This document shows positions 16,918 to 36,439 of a stretch of 64,000 nt of DNA, in pieces. The translations under genes and the position numbers were made by a program. Each line of letters starts with the position of its first letter. Position 1 is the stretch's first letter. The DNA is from the human T2T-CHM13v2.0 reference genome, Homo sapiens. Below the pieces are notes generated by a model, which searched no databases, had not been told where the DNA came from, and saw nothing but the letters and a program-made list of their open reading frames with translations. The stretch lies in NCBI RefSeq assembly GCF_009914755.1, contig NC_060940.1; one strand, written 5' to 3'.

Positions 16918-17148
16918 TTAACATTACTCAAGATTTAGCTTTAATACAGGATGCAATGTATAAACACAGACAGTACACCTCTAAGTTCTTAAACTACCAA
17001 ACATATGAAGATTTACAAGATTACAAAAATTAGTTAACTTTTTTCTCAGAGAAATAATACACGTTTTTAAAGTCAAAGCTTTTCAAGCAATCAAAACACA
17101 GGGGCATCATTAGATGCTCACATCCAACTATATTCTCTAATTGTTTAC

Positions 17149-17179
17149 CTTGCCGATACTGCTTCTTTGAAGGAAGAAA
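17149..17179 (-). CDS. NAE1: NAE1 exon 4 (NFFLQRSSIGK)
   Basis: CTTTAG| acceptor, |GTAAAC donor, 31 nt; restores phase 0. Confidence 0.96.
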
Positions 17180-17460
17180 CTAAAGTGAACAGAATAAAGG
17201 AAAAAAAAGTAAAGCTTACTGACTATAAAGGAAAAGTTGTTTGTAATAGCATGCATATTTCATTCACAGTATAAAACAAACTATATTGTGATTACAGACT
17301 GTAATGGCCTTCCTGGAGGAAGAAAATCAGATGGAACTTATAAAGAAAGATAGGCTAATAAATCAATGTTTCTTTCCCAAATTGTGTACCACAGCATGTG
17401 AATTTCACAAGATCCTCTGAGAGAAAAGGGTTCCTTGGCTAAAAACGTTTGGGAAACACC

Positions 17461-17823
<363 letters not shown>

Positions 17824-18816
17824 CTAAAATCTTATGGTAAAGAAATTTTTACTTCATTTGATCCATTTCCCAAACTAATTTCACTATGGAACCCATTGGC
17901 CCATTTAACAGCTCTTATCGTTCCCTAGAACCGGTGTTCCACAGACCACTCTTGGTGTATTGAACCATTTGTTTTTGCACGTAACTGTAACAGATTTATT
18001 CAGGCTTCCTCCCACACATACCCTTGACATGTCTCAAGGCCCAGATATGAGGCTGCTGATCAGAGTCAGGATGCCACTTTTCGGTATAAGCTCACTGGCT
18101 CCATAAGAAGAAACCTTATTTTTATCACTTTCTACTCTAACCCACCAAGTAAGCAAAGATAACAAGACTTCTTGGTATATATCAATAAAAAAGCTGTGCT
18201 GTGCCTGGCAGAAACTGGCACTACGATCCAAAGAAAAGGCATCAAAACTAAATATGAACTAATTGCTGGTTTCCCTTATATTTACTCACTGTTGTTGTTA
18301 CTGACAAACACAATGAGAGATACCAGACTTCAAGTCCCTGAAAAGGTGAGCTTTAAATCCAAATTTGGGCATGTTCTGAAAGTCTAAATATAATCTTTAA
18401 AGAATAATATACAGGCCATCTTTAAAACAGCATTTTTGTTGACACTGTAAAGAGAGATACCCCTAGACTAAGCCTAAAAGACATCACAAACAACAGGCAT
18501 TATTGTTAATTATATGCTAACACCTACGGATCAATACAAGAGCTTAGGAAGTGCCCATATTCCATGAATAAAGGAATAACGACTACTCCTTTGTATTAAT
18601 AACAATAAAGACAGTAATGATGGGTAACATTTATTAATGCCCTATTTGCCAGATGCTGTACTAGCACTTTACCTATATTATCTCACTTCCTCACCATAAT
18701 CCCAAACATAAGGATGATTTCCACTGAGAGTCGAGTCACCCTGACTGAGGAGGTGAAGCTAAGACTCAGGCCTTGCCTTCCTTAACGTGAATATATTTGA
18801 AGAGAATAGAACATAC

Positions 18817-18877
18817 TTGTTTCCAGCATCTTCTCCGCTGACCTGATTTCCATCAATAATTGTAAACGAACCAATAC
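18817..18877 (-). CDS. NAE1: NAE1 exon 3 ([20 protein letters not shown])
   Basis: CTCTCAG| acceptor, |GTATGT donor, 61 nt. Confidence 0.97.
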
Positions 18878-18970
18878 CTGAGAGCCAAAACAGAGTCAGT
18901 CAGGAATACATAGTTCTAGGTCATAAACTTAAAGAAGTATATTTAGAACACAACCACAAACCTACGTTAC

Positions 18971-19074
18971 CTGGTAGTACCAAGTTTTTAAGAATTTCAG
19001 TTCCTGTGGCTGTTGCATTTATTAGGCAAACATGAGCAGATTCTAAAGCCTCTTGCCCATGATCACCCCACAAC
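18971..19074 (-). CDS. NAE1: NAE1 exon 2 ([34 protein letters not shown])
   Basis: TTGTAG| acceptor, |GTAACG donor, 104 nt, phase consistent; E1 adenylation-domain-like sequence. Confidence 0.98.
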
Positions 19075-20273
19075 CTACAAAACAGACACAAATTTGATGT
19101 TTTTAAAACTTTCATGAAAATACAGCTTTCTTATTTGAATGGTGATCTTTAAACTTTCCTTGCATAGACTGATATGATAACCACAGAATACAGGTAAGAC
19201 GGGAACAGATATTAGTATAGTGATTATACAGTAATCTAGAACTCAGGTTGATGCCTTGAATGGTTAGGGGAAAAGAGGGAGAGGGTCAAATTAGAAACAG
19301 AAACTTGGTCTTCCAGCCCCTTATCAGCCTGGGCACAAGAGCGACACTCTGTCTCAAAACAAACAAACAAACATTTAAAAAGCGTCTTTGGATTTAAACC
19401 CTCATCTGTTTTCTATTTCATTTATTCTTTGTTTTGTTTTGAGACAGAGTCTTGCTCTGTCACCCAGGCTGGAGTGTAGTGGCATGATCTCAGCTCACTT
19501 GGCCTCCCAAAATGCTGGGATTACAGGTGTGAGCCACCGTGCCCAGCCCTATTTCATTTATTCTTAAATTATGTTAGATGTGCCAGGTGCAGTGGCTCAC
19601 ACCTGTAATCCCAACACTTTGGGAGGCCAAGGCAGGCGGATCACGAGGTCAGGAGATCGAGACCATCGTGACTAACATGGTGAAACCCTGTCTCTACTAA
19701 AAAATACAAAAAATTAGCTGGGCGTGGTGGCAGGCGCCTGTAGTCCCACCTACTCGGAGGCTGAGGCAGAAGAATGGCGTGAACCCAGGAGGCGGAGCTT
19801 GAAGTGAGCCGAGATTGCGCCACTGCACTCCAGCCTGGGCGACAGAGCGAGACTCCGTCTCAAAAAAAAAAAAAATTATATTAGATGCATTTAAGTTAAG
19901 TTAGATGCATTTAAGATCTCGACATAGGGCTTATTACTGTGACTTCTGCAAAAGCTTTACCAAGAAAACTGAATTATCATCTGAAAAGCCTCACATCAAC
20001 TTCTACAGGAGTGCTTTAAAGTATATTACCCAATGAACATTCTAATAGAGTGATTAATGTGCCTTCCCTGTTACCTGATTTAAAGCAGATTACCCCTTAT
20101 TATGTAGTCAGTATGTCCTCCAGAGCATGTCAAGCAACTGCCTTGTTTTTTGTTTTTGTTTTTGATACAGGGTCTTACTATGTTATCCAGACTGGTCTTG
20201 AACTCCTGGGTTCAAGCATTTCTCTCGCCTCAGCCTCTAGAGTTGCTGGGACTACAGGCACAAGCCACTGTAC

Positions 20274-20308
20274 CTGGCTTCATTTGTTTTTGTTTGCTGA
20301 GCATCCAT
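20274..20308 (-). CDS. NAE1: NAE1 alternative N-terminus ([12 protein letters not shown]) in an intron-1 exon
   Basis: ATG at 20308, 11 codons + 2 nt, donor AG|GTACAG in the same phase (2) as exon 1, so it joins exon 2 in frame; matches my recollection of an annotated NAE1 isoform N-terminus (not verified). Confidence 0.75.
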
Positions 20309-22067
20309 CTTTCCACTCCACTGTATGCTCCATAAGGGCCCAGACAGCTGTCAAATGTATGGAGGAATCGCCTAGAAGAACCAGATGGACCGTAAACGCC
20401 TGTTTTCTCCATCAAAGTATGGCACGTAGAAGACACCTGACATATATGGTTGATGGATGCTTAGATAGTTGGAGAGTAAATTTAAGAATACTGGTGCATC
20501 TTGGCTGGGCGCAGTGGCTCACGCCTGTAATCCCAGCACTTTGGGAGGCGGAGGCAGGCAGATCACCTGAGGTCAGGAGTTTGAGACCAGGCTGGCCAAC
20601 ATAGTGAAACCCCGTCTCTACTAAAAATACAAAAATTAACCAGGCACAGTGGCACGCACCTATAATCCCAGCTACTAGGGAGGCTGAGGCATGAGAATCG
20701 CATGAACGCAGGAGGCGGAGATTGCAGTGAGCCAAGACCGCGCCACTGCACTCCAGCCTGCGCAACACAGTGAGACTCCGTCTCAAAAAAAAAAAAAAAA
20801 AAATACTGGTGCATCTCAAGCAGGGTGAGATAGTGTGTGTGCCTGTAGTCCCAGCTGCTTGGGAGACTGAGGCAGGAGGATCACTCCAGCCCAGGAGATC
20901 AAGGCTGTGGTGTGCCAATAATCATACCTGCGAACAGCCACTGCACTCCAGCCTGGGTAACATACTGAGACCCACCTCAAAAATAAAACAAAAAGAATAC
21001 TGAGGCCAGGCACTGTGGCTCATGCCTGTAATCCTAGCACTTTGGGAGGCTGAGGCAGGAGGATCACTTGAGTGCAGAGGTACGAGACCAGCCTGGGCAA
21101 ACCCCCATCTCTAAAACAGTTAGCTAAGCATGGTGGCACATGCCTGTAGTCCCAGCTACTCAAGAGGCTGAGGCAGGAGGATCGTTAGAGCCCAGGAAGT
21201 TGAGGCTGCAGTGAGCAGTGTTCTTGCCACTGCACTCTAGCCACTGCACTCTAGCCTGGGTCACAAAGTGAGACCTTGTCCCTGAAAAAAAAAAAAAAAA
21301 GAATCCTGGTGTGTCTCTAAGTAACATGTTTCAAGAATAGGCCAAATGAATCAGTCCTCTCTACTATCTTGCTGGCCCAACTAACGTGAAGTAAGGAGGG
21401 GCTTATTGACTGCTGCATTTTGCTTCTAACTGCTTCCCTTTGACACTTCAAAACCAGTTCTCACTATGAAAGTAAAGTTTGGGACTTAAATGGAATGCCC
21501 TCAGCAAAAACCCTCTTTTGTTAGAGTTGCTTAGTAACCTCAACTATCTTCTCAGCTCTGTCATGTACAGTTATACCTGCATTAGAAACACAAGAACTCC
21601 AAGAATTTACAAGAAAACCTAAGTTGGTTATAAGGACTGTTACCCTGTTTCTTCTCCGAAAAGCTTGGAAGCAGGATGTAACTGAGTACCTCCGAAAAAG
21701 CCAGAAGAGCCTTAGTTTACATCCTGGCTCAAAGATATGGGGAACTCTGGGCAAATTACCTAACTTCTCCAAGACTCTGTTTCTCCAACTGTAAAGCACA
21801 GGAAATGGTTGCTTTCAAGGGTACTCTCAGAACTAAGTGCCTAAAGCCTCTACTACAGCACTAGGCTGGTGGCGCAAACAGAAGCTCCAGTCCTTGGGGA
21901 CATATAACTTCTGTTGTCTCAGAGGCTCCAGGAAGGAGGAAAGCTGAGCAGCTTTGTTATCTCCACAGCCTCAAGACACAGAAGACGCTCAATAAATAAG
22001 GAATGGGTAGTGCAAGGAGAAAAGGCAAGGGTGGGGAAGTACCCAAGGACCCTCCTGATGGCTTAGG

Positions 22068-22769
<702 letters not shown>

Positions 22770-23140
22770 GGCTGAGAACAAAACCTAACCCTCTGTGCCG
22801 CCCTCGCGGCCGGGATGCGGTGCGCCCCGGGCCTCCCCATTCGGAAAACGAGGAGCCTGGGCGCAACGGGGCCGGCAGCCGCCTTAGCTACCCGGCTGGC
22901 GCTGGGGACCCCGTCCCCCGAACTGCACACCGCGTGGCGGGGGAAGGGGTCCCAGCCCTCGCGGAGCACCTTTGGCCCAGGGCGGGAGCTCCGAGCGCCG
23001 GCTTCCCGCGCCCCGCACGGCCCGGCCCAGCCTGGAAGAAGGCCTGAGGAAGGCCCGACCGCGCCGCCCGCGCCCTTAGGCCCGGCCCGAATGCTGGAAA
23101 GCCCGCCGGCCCGCCCTCGGCTCGGTGAGCCTCGGCTCAC

Positions 23141-23193
23141 CTCAGCTGCCGGTCGTACTTCTGCTCCTTGAGCAGCTTTCCCAGCTGCGCCAT
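23141..23193 (-). CDS. NAE1: NAE1 exon 1 CDS (MAQLGKLLKEQKYDRQL-R)
   Basis: ATG in strong Kozak context (GCGGCCATGG); translation matches the APP-BP1 N-terminus; donor AG|GTGAGC; 53 nt, phase 2. Confidence 0.98.
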
Positions 23194-23306
23194 GGCCGCG
23201 CCTGCCGCGCGGAAAACAGCCGAGCCCCTGCGGAGCGCCGCCACCAGCTCCACAAGCGCGCAGGCGCACTGAGCGCCCCTTCGCCGCTACCGTCTCCTGC
23301 GCGCTG

Positions 23307-23320
23307 CCTGCAGGGGGCGC
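23307..23320 (+). promoter_or_regulatory. CTCF-like motif CCTGCAGGGGGCGC
   Basis: Matches the CTCF core CC-N-N-NAG-R-K-GGCR. Confidence 0.55.
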
Positions 23321-23863
23321 CGCACTGCACTGCGCACGCGTCGCCGGTACGCCGGGGCCTAAGCGGCCCTGGTACCCGAGCGGGTCTGGGGCTCTTGGTC
23401 CCCATCGGCCAGAAAGGCAGACCCGCTAGCCTGCCAATTTGCCCTCTGTCCATGCAGTAATTGGGGGCGACTGGGGCATTGGAATCAGGCATACTTGTAT
23501 TTCGACCACTTAACTGGCTGTGAGATCTACTCTTTACCTCTCAAATCCTCAGTGTGCTCACCTGTGCAGTGGGGATAAATGGGTCCCAAGTGTCTTTTGA
23601 CCTTAAATGAGATTTTGAATACAGGAGGCCAGACTCCCCCCAAATCTTGCATGAATAATAACTTTCATTTTGATGATCATTATTTTTCACCCATTTCTTC
23701 CTCTCATGAAAAGCCCACAAGCCTATTTTGAATCACAAAGCTAGGGGCTCCCTGCTGCAGATGCAGACAAGTCCAGGGCTCTGTTCTTGGAGAGTTTAGT
23801 CTCATGAAGGAAGAGGGACAGCAAACAAGCACTTACCAGACAATGTGGCCTTCCTCTAGATAG

Positions 23864-24226
<363 letters not shown>

Positions 24227-25136
24227 TGAGATTATAGGCATGATCCACTGTGCCCAGCTGGAAGGGTGTTTTAAGCATAAGGAACAGCAGGTGCCATCTC
24301 TAGGAAGCAAAGAAGGCATAGCAAGCTGTAGGTGCTAGAGTAAGTTTGGTCAGGTGAAGGATAGGGAGTGGTTGAGAAGGTTTGAGAGACAGTTGGGACA
24401 GGCTGGGTTCTGAAGACTGTGAACATAGATCCAAGGAGGAATTTAAAGTCCTCCACTTCCTGAAAAGACCCTCCTTTCAGGAAGAGAACGGCTGTCCTGT
24501 GGGGATGGGAGGCCAAGGAAGGAGGTTACCCCATGAGAACAATTGGGAGGGGGGTGGTGGTGCTGAAGACAAGGTGACCATCTGTGAGGGAGACGAAGAC
24601 TCCTTCCCTGCTATCTCGCAGACCCTACAGGCACCTTCAGGTTAATAACTGCCTGAAATAAGGTGAAAATGAACACAGATCCCCACCCCCAATCCCCTAG
24701 GATGGGGACCAGAGAGATGGCACAGTTTGATGGTAATGATGCAGTGATGATGAATTGCACTTTGCCCTGGGCATGGTCTCCTGGACTAGGGTGAGAGTAC
24801 ACCTTCCCATACCTTCCCTTGCCCTTACCCAGCTCCCATGGAACACACTGATGGGAAACAGAGGTGTGAGGCTTTCCCAGCTCATCATGTGTTTGTGCTG
24901 TCACATTTCCTTCTCCAAGTGGACAGGTAAAATATAAGGGATAATAAAATACACTCCGGGAAAGTAGGAAGGTCAAAAGGCAGCAGATGAGAGTTCACTG
25001 CTTAGTTTCTCATACCTATGGACTTCATGAAAGGAAACACCCACAAATTTGGTAGAAGGCTAGTCATATTGCCCGTGAAGAAGTAAATGATTTTGAAAAG
25101 GTTTGTGTTGGTGTTGTCTGTAAAATGATACCTCAG

Positions 25137-25565
25137 GGTATCAGTTTCCTAGGAATGTCGTAACAAAGAACCACAAACTGGGTGACTTAAAACAAGAGAA
25201 ATTTATTGTCTCACAGTTCTGGAGGCTGGAAGTCTACAATCAAAGCACGGGTGGGACTATGCTCCTTCTGAAACCTGTAGGGGAGAATCCGTCCGCTTCT
25301 TCTTGGCTTCTGGGGGTTTGCTGGCAATCTTTGGCTAGCAGCCACAGCACTTCAGTCTCTGCCTCCATCATCACATGGCATTCTCCCCTCATGTCTCTGT
25401 GTTTCCTCTCTTAAGGACACAAGTCACATTGGATCAGGGCTCACACTGATGACTTCATCTTAACTGGTTTACACTTGCAGAGACCCTGTTTCCAAATAAG
25501 ATCACCTTCACGGGTACTGGCAGGTTAGGACTTCAGTAACTTCTGAGGAGGACATAATTCAGCCC
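25137..25565 (-). mobile_element. MLT1-family MaLR solo LTR
   Basis: Signature GTATCAGTTTCCTAGG...CACAAACTGGGTGACTTAAAACAA...CTCACAGTTCTGGAGGCTGGAAGTC. Confidence 0.8.
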
Positions 25566-26344
25566 AGAAGCTTTGTATTAATATTATCATTATTTTTTTA
25601 GAGGTGGGGTCACACTATATTGCCCAGACTTGTCTCAAACTCCTGGGTTGAAGCAGTCCTCCTGCCTCAGCCCCTCAAAGTACTGGGACTACAGGCATGA
25701 GCCACTGCACCTGGCCCTGCCCATTTTTAATAGGGTTATTTGTTTTATTGTTATTGAGCGGTCTGAGTTTGTACATTTTGGATATTAGTCCCTGATCTAA
25801 TGTATATTTTGTAAATATTTTTTTCTCAATCTGTGGGTTGTCTCTTTATTCTGTCATTTCCTTTGCTGTGCAGAAGCTTTTTAATTTGGTATAAACCCAT
25901 TTGTCTATTTTTGCTTTTGTTGCCTATGCTTTTGGAGTCTGGTTACTATTTTTTGGCAGCAGTGGGGGACAGGATCTCATTCTTTCACCTGAGCTGGAGT
26001 GCAGTGGTATAATCATGGCTCACTGTAGCCACAACCTCCTAGGTTCAAGCAATCCTCCCACTTCAGCCTCCTGAGCAGCTGAGACTACAGGCACCCACCA
26101 CCACACCTGGCTAATTTTTAGATTATTTTCTGTAGAGATGAAAGTGAAAATAATAATAATAATTCAACCCGTAAAACCATGTAAAGGTGCCTATGCTGGA
26201 GCAGAGGAGGCTGATCAGACACAGTTCTTTTGACGGCCCTGACATGAAAGAATTCAGGGCCCACTGGTGAGTTCTCCCTGTTGTGGAGGGTGGAAACCAG
26301 ATATATCAGACCAGGAAGCCATGGTGTAATTCATTTAAGCTATT

Positions 26345-27285
<941 letters not shown>

Positions 27286-27713
27286 CCTACCCTGGCTTTC
27301 TGAGCACTTACTATGATGCCAGGCAGGCCCCTGACATGCATCACCTCGTGAGCTCACAACCACCCAATGCAACAGATATTGCTGCTAACCCCGTTTTACA
27401 GACAGAGGGCAGATGTTTGGGGAGAAGAGTGAAGTAACAAAGATTAAGAGGTGGTGCAGGGGTTAGAAACAAATACCCCAGTCTGGTGCGGTGGCTCACA
27501 CCTGTAATCACACCTGTAGTCCCACACCTGCAGTATTTTGGGAGGCCAAGGCAGGAGGATCACTTGAGGCCAGGAGTTAGAGACCAGCCTGGGCAACATA
27601 ACAAGACCCCGTCTCTACAAAAACTAAAGAATGTGGCCGGGTGCTGTGGCTCACACCTATAATCCAAGCACTTTGGGAGGCCGAGGTGAGCAGATCATGA
27701 GGTCAGGAGTTCA

Positions 27714-27968
<255 letters not shown>

Positions 27969-29505
27969 CTACTTGGTGGGAGGATCACTTGAGCCCAGGA
28001 GTTGGAGGCTGCAGTGAGCTATGACTGCACCACTGTACTCTAGTCTGGGTGACAGAGTGAGACCTTGTCTCAAACAAAAAGAAATAAATACCCCCAACAG
28101 ATCTGACCAGACCCCAGTGCAGATCTGTTATTTTATCCAGTCCAGTTGATCTCAACGAGGGCAGACTGGACCTTTGGGCTGTCAGGAAGTTTGGGGCTAG
28201 CTCTGTGCTTACAGAGATTATAGTCTGTGGGAGACCAGCCAGGAAGAAGTCATAACCCAGGACATCCTCCCAGGCCACTAGCCCTCTCTGCCTGTCCTTG
28301 CACATCCTATCCCTTCTCACCCTGGTCCTCATTGGCTGATCTCTTGCCTCTCTCCCCAACCCCATAAGCTCCTTGAGGCAGCTATAAGTCTATAATGTTC
28401 ACAGTTGTATCACCTGTGCCTGGCCCAGCAGTTGACATCTAATAAATCTTCAATAAATGTTTATTGAATTAAAGAATAAATTTCTGAAACTATTGCCATC
28501 ATACTTTGTACATTTTAAAATATGTTCCTAGCAATGTATATATCATTTGATTTGGTAATTCTACCTCTATCAATTTATTCCAAGGAAATCATCAGACACA
28601 TATAAGATGTATAAGTAAGGAGGCCAGGTACATTGGTTCATGCCTGTAATCCCAGTCCTTTGGGAGACTGAGGTGGAAGTATTGCTCGAGGCCAGGAATT
28701 TGAGACAGACCAGCCTGAGCAACACAGTGAGACCCCACTGTGTGTTTTTTTTTTTTTTTTTGAGACGGAGTTTCGCTCTGTTGCCCAGGTTGGAGTGCAG
28801 TTGCACGATCTTGGCTCACTGCGACCTCCACCTCCCGGTTCATGCCATTCTCCTGCCTCAGCCTCCTGAGTAGCTGGGACTACAGGTACCCGCCACCACG
28901 CCTGGCTAATTTTTTTTGTATTTTTAGTAGAGACGGGGTTTCACCGTGTTAGCCAGGATGGTCTCAATCTCCTGACCTTGAGATCCACCCGCCACAGCCT
29001 CCCAAAGTGCTGGGATTACAGGCGTGAGCCACCGCGCCCGGCCGACCCCATCTCTTAAAAAAAAAATCATACTGGGTCTCAAAAAAAAATACTAAAGATG
29101 TGCAAGTAAGGATGTTCACTGCAGTGATATTTGCCACACTGAAAACTAGAAATAACAAAATCACAGCAGTGTGTGAATGAATATTATGAGGCAAGTTCTC
29201 CAAGGCCGATCAAGCAAGGAAACATTTACCATAGGGCACTGGGTGGGAAAAAACTGGTCAAAAAGCCATCCTATGATCCGGATTGCTCAATTGTTTTTTC
29301 CTTTTTTTTTTTTTTTTTTTTATGATGGGGTCGCTCTATGTTACCCAGGCTGGAGAGCAGTGGCTATTCACAGGTGTGATTATAGCATACTACAGTCTCA
29401 AACTCCTGGACTTAAGGGATCCTCTCACCTCAGCCTCCTGAGTAGCTGGGATTATAGGCACACCACCACACCTGGCCTTGACTGTTTACATACTACTAAT
29501 ACATG

Positions 29506-29856
29506 CAGGTTGAGCATCTCCAATCCAAAAATCCGAAATCCAAAATGCTCCAAAATCTGAAACTTTTTGAGCACCTACATGATGCTATGGGGGACCTGAG
29601 ATAATGACACTTTTGCTTTCTGATGGTTCAATGTACACAAACTTTGTTTCATGCACAAAATTATTTAACGTAGTGTGTCAAATTACCTTCAAGCTATGTC
29701 TCTAAGGTAAGTATGAAACGTAAATGAATTTTGTGTTTAGACTTGGGTCCCATCCCCAAGATATTATGTATATGCAAATATTCCAAAGTCCGAAAAAAAA
29801 TCGAAATCCAAAACATTTCTGGTCCCAAGAATTTTAGGTAAGTGATACTCAACCTG
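29506..29856. mobile_element. Tigger4/MER46-type DNA transposon fossil
   Basis: TIRs CAGGTTGAG...CTCAACCTG followed by TA. Confidence 0.8.
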
Positions 29857-29875
29857 TATCAGAAAAGCTTGACAG

Positions 29876-33035
<3,160 letters not shown>

Positions 33036-33172
33036 GGAAACCTTGGCAGGATGGTCACTAAAATGTTAACAGTGGTGATCCTTGAGTAGTGACATGACCA
33101 GTGATTTTAATTTTCTGCTGTATGCTTTTCTGACTTCCAAATTTTCTACAATAGATGTCACTACTATAATTA

Positions 33173-33325
<153 letters not shown>

Positions 33326-34162
33326 CTATATAATCTTTAAAAAAAAAAGAAAAAAGGAAGTGAAAGTTGGAGGCCAAGGTCGTTTGATGAATGAGACTTG
33401 GCTGTACAGGCTGCTCATGCCTTCCTCCCCCAGGCCTCCATCACAGCCCTCACATCCCCCATTTTCCCCTCCCATATAAATAGCAAAAACCAGGAGCCAC
33501 TGACACCAGTGAGACCAAAGAGAAAACTCTCAAGCAGAGAAATCAACTCGGCTTTAAAAACAGCATGTAATTGAGACTGGAGGCACCTGAATGGAGGCAC
33601 AGGCTCCCCCAAGTTGACCTGAGTGGGTTGCTGGGGCAGCTGGCGCTTCACCTTAGAAGGGCAGTCTCCATTGTCTCCTCTCACTTTCCTGAGTTCCCAG
33701 TACCCAGAGAAAATGCTGAAGACAGGCTGCAGGAAGGAAAGAACTGGATCAACTTTTATTTGGTTGTTAAAGAGGTAATACATGCCTTAATTCATTCAAG
33801 AGATACAAAGGAGTACCAGTAAAGAGTGTCCTTCCCACGCCATACCACACCCTTCCACAACCTTCCACAACCTTCCGGTGTCCAGTCTCCTCCCTGTAGG
33901 TAAACACTCTCCCTAGCTTCTCCTAAGTCCTTTTAGAGAGGACTTGCATACACACACAAATGAGAGTCAAATTTAAAATCCGCTTCCTCCCTTTCCAGTG
34001 ATTTTGGACAATATTGAACGAGGGACCCAGCAGCCCTGGGTTTTCATCTTTGTTCAGTCACTCACTGTGCATCTTCGAGCCCATCACTCATCCTCTCTTG
34101 AGCTTTGCTTTTCTCATCTGTAAAATGGGGTAAAAATCCCCCCAGGGTTACTATGTAGATGA

Positions 34163-34432
<270 letters not shown>

Positions 34433-35837
34433 TAATCCGCCCGCCTCAGCCTCCCAAAGTGCTGGGATTACAGGCATGAGCTACTGTGCCAGGCCCAGTT
34501 GTATCTTTTAAGAACTACAAATAAATATGAAAAAGACCTGAGTCCCTCTGAAGAGGAAATGGGTCAATGGAGTTTGGGCTATCCCCAGAGCTCTCTCCCA
34601 GGTAAAGGATGTTGGCAGCTCTCCCAGGTAAAGGGTGGCTGGCTTCTCTGGGAGACAGAAGGTCCAGGCCTCACCCAGAAGCATGCCTTTGTCTTCTTGA
34701 TCTGTAGATGCCATTTCCAGCTTGGAGACCTGGGGCCTTGACAGTGTTGGATTCTCTGTCACATCTGGTCTTGGGGGCTACTTATCTCTGTCATAAGTCC
34801 CCTGCCCCACCCTAGGGTCATATTTATATTAAGGATCCCTTCCTGCTCCTGGATCAGAGAGGGCCATCTTCGCAGGCCTGGGCAGTCACTGACATTGGCC
34901 CACCCAACCAGTTATCAATTAATCTCCATAGCTCTATCTGAGGATCTGGGGTTCAGGGCCTGGGAGAGGGAAACTGAGACAGACACAGAGATGAAGGGGA
35001 GCCAGGCAGACAAGATGGCAGATTCCTGTACAAGGTCAGCCAAGAGCAGGGCCTGAAAGAGTGTCTCTATTCAAGATCTGGACAGCAGACATTGTACTAG
35101 TGGCTGTTCGACTCCTGCTGAGTACAGGACCCCGGGTGGGATCATTTATCTGTCCTTCCATCCACCCCTCTGTTTGTCTTTCCAAAACTGCCTGCTGAGG
35201 ACTAGCCAGAGACAAGCCCTCTCCCTGGCACAAGGCCACGTGCTAAGATGAATCAGATTGGGCCGGCTGGAGCCAGTGGGTGGAAGACAGAGGACGCACC
35301 AGGTGGAGGGCACAACAACGACCAGGGCTCGTGGGTGGGAAAATACTGGGCCAAGGCAGGCACTGGGGTTGAGTGCAGGGTGGAGGGTCTGAGCTCCCAG
35401 GGGGTGTACTGAAGGTTATGGGGAGGTCAGGAGAGGAGGGACAAACAGCAGGCTATGGAGGGACAAAGCAGAGTCCCTGAAGAAAGGAGGAAGCAGTAGA
35501 CAAAATAACAGGGAGGGTGGAAGTCAGAGCCTCAGACTTAGCTCCATGGGGAAGCCACCTGGTGTCTGCCTGTCTTCAGGCCCATTGGTTGATGCCACTC
35601 CTTCTCACTCCCCCTTGGGGGATCTGGTTCCACCTGGGCCAAGGGTTCACATTGCCATTCCTGTCCCTGCATCTACCCCAGGGTTCCCGGACCCCCACAC
35701 TCACAGCACACCCTTGTACCCAGCACCAAGGAGAAATGGTAAAGACCCCAGTGTCAGGCCAGGAGTGGTGGCTCACTCCTCTAATCCCAACACTTTGGGA
35801 GGCCAAGGCGGGTGGATTACTTGAGGCCAGAAGTTCA

Positions 35838-36026
<189 letters not shown>

Positions 36027-36439
36027 CTAAAAACAAACAAGCAAACAAACAAACAAACAAACAAATCCCACAAAACCCCCAGTGTCTGGAGTAAGAACCC
36101 CAGCTAATGAACCCTTTACCCCCTGGCTAGATGACCTTGGGCAAGTCACTTCACTTCTCTGGGCCTCACTCCCCTCCTCTGTCAGATAGGGCTGATGGAA
36201 GCACCCAACCTTGTAGGGTAACAGAGAGGGTTATACCATAGGAAGGACCCAAAGCTTGGTCCAGCGCCTGCAACAGCCTCTGGCAAACAGTGGAAGCTCC
36301 AGTTTTGGACACTTGATGGTCAGTGTAGTTTGCAGTTTAAAGGGGACTTTCCAACCCCAAAAGATTCAGGACCCAGAGCTCAGGTCTCTGGTGGTGGCAT
36401 TTGCAGGTCTGGGGCAAGCCTAGGGAAGGGACGCCATGT

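Larger units (their letters stand above)
22790..23430. promoter_or_regulatory. NAE1: NAE1 CpG-island, TATA-less promoter
   Basis: High GC and CpG density around exon 1; NRF1-like GCGCAGGCGCA (~23258) and TGCGCACGCG (23331-23340). Confidence 0.9.
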
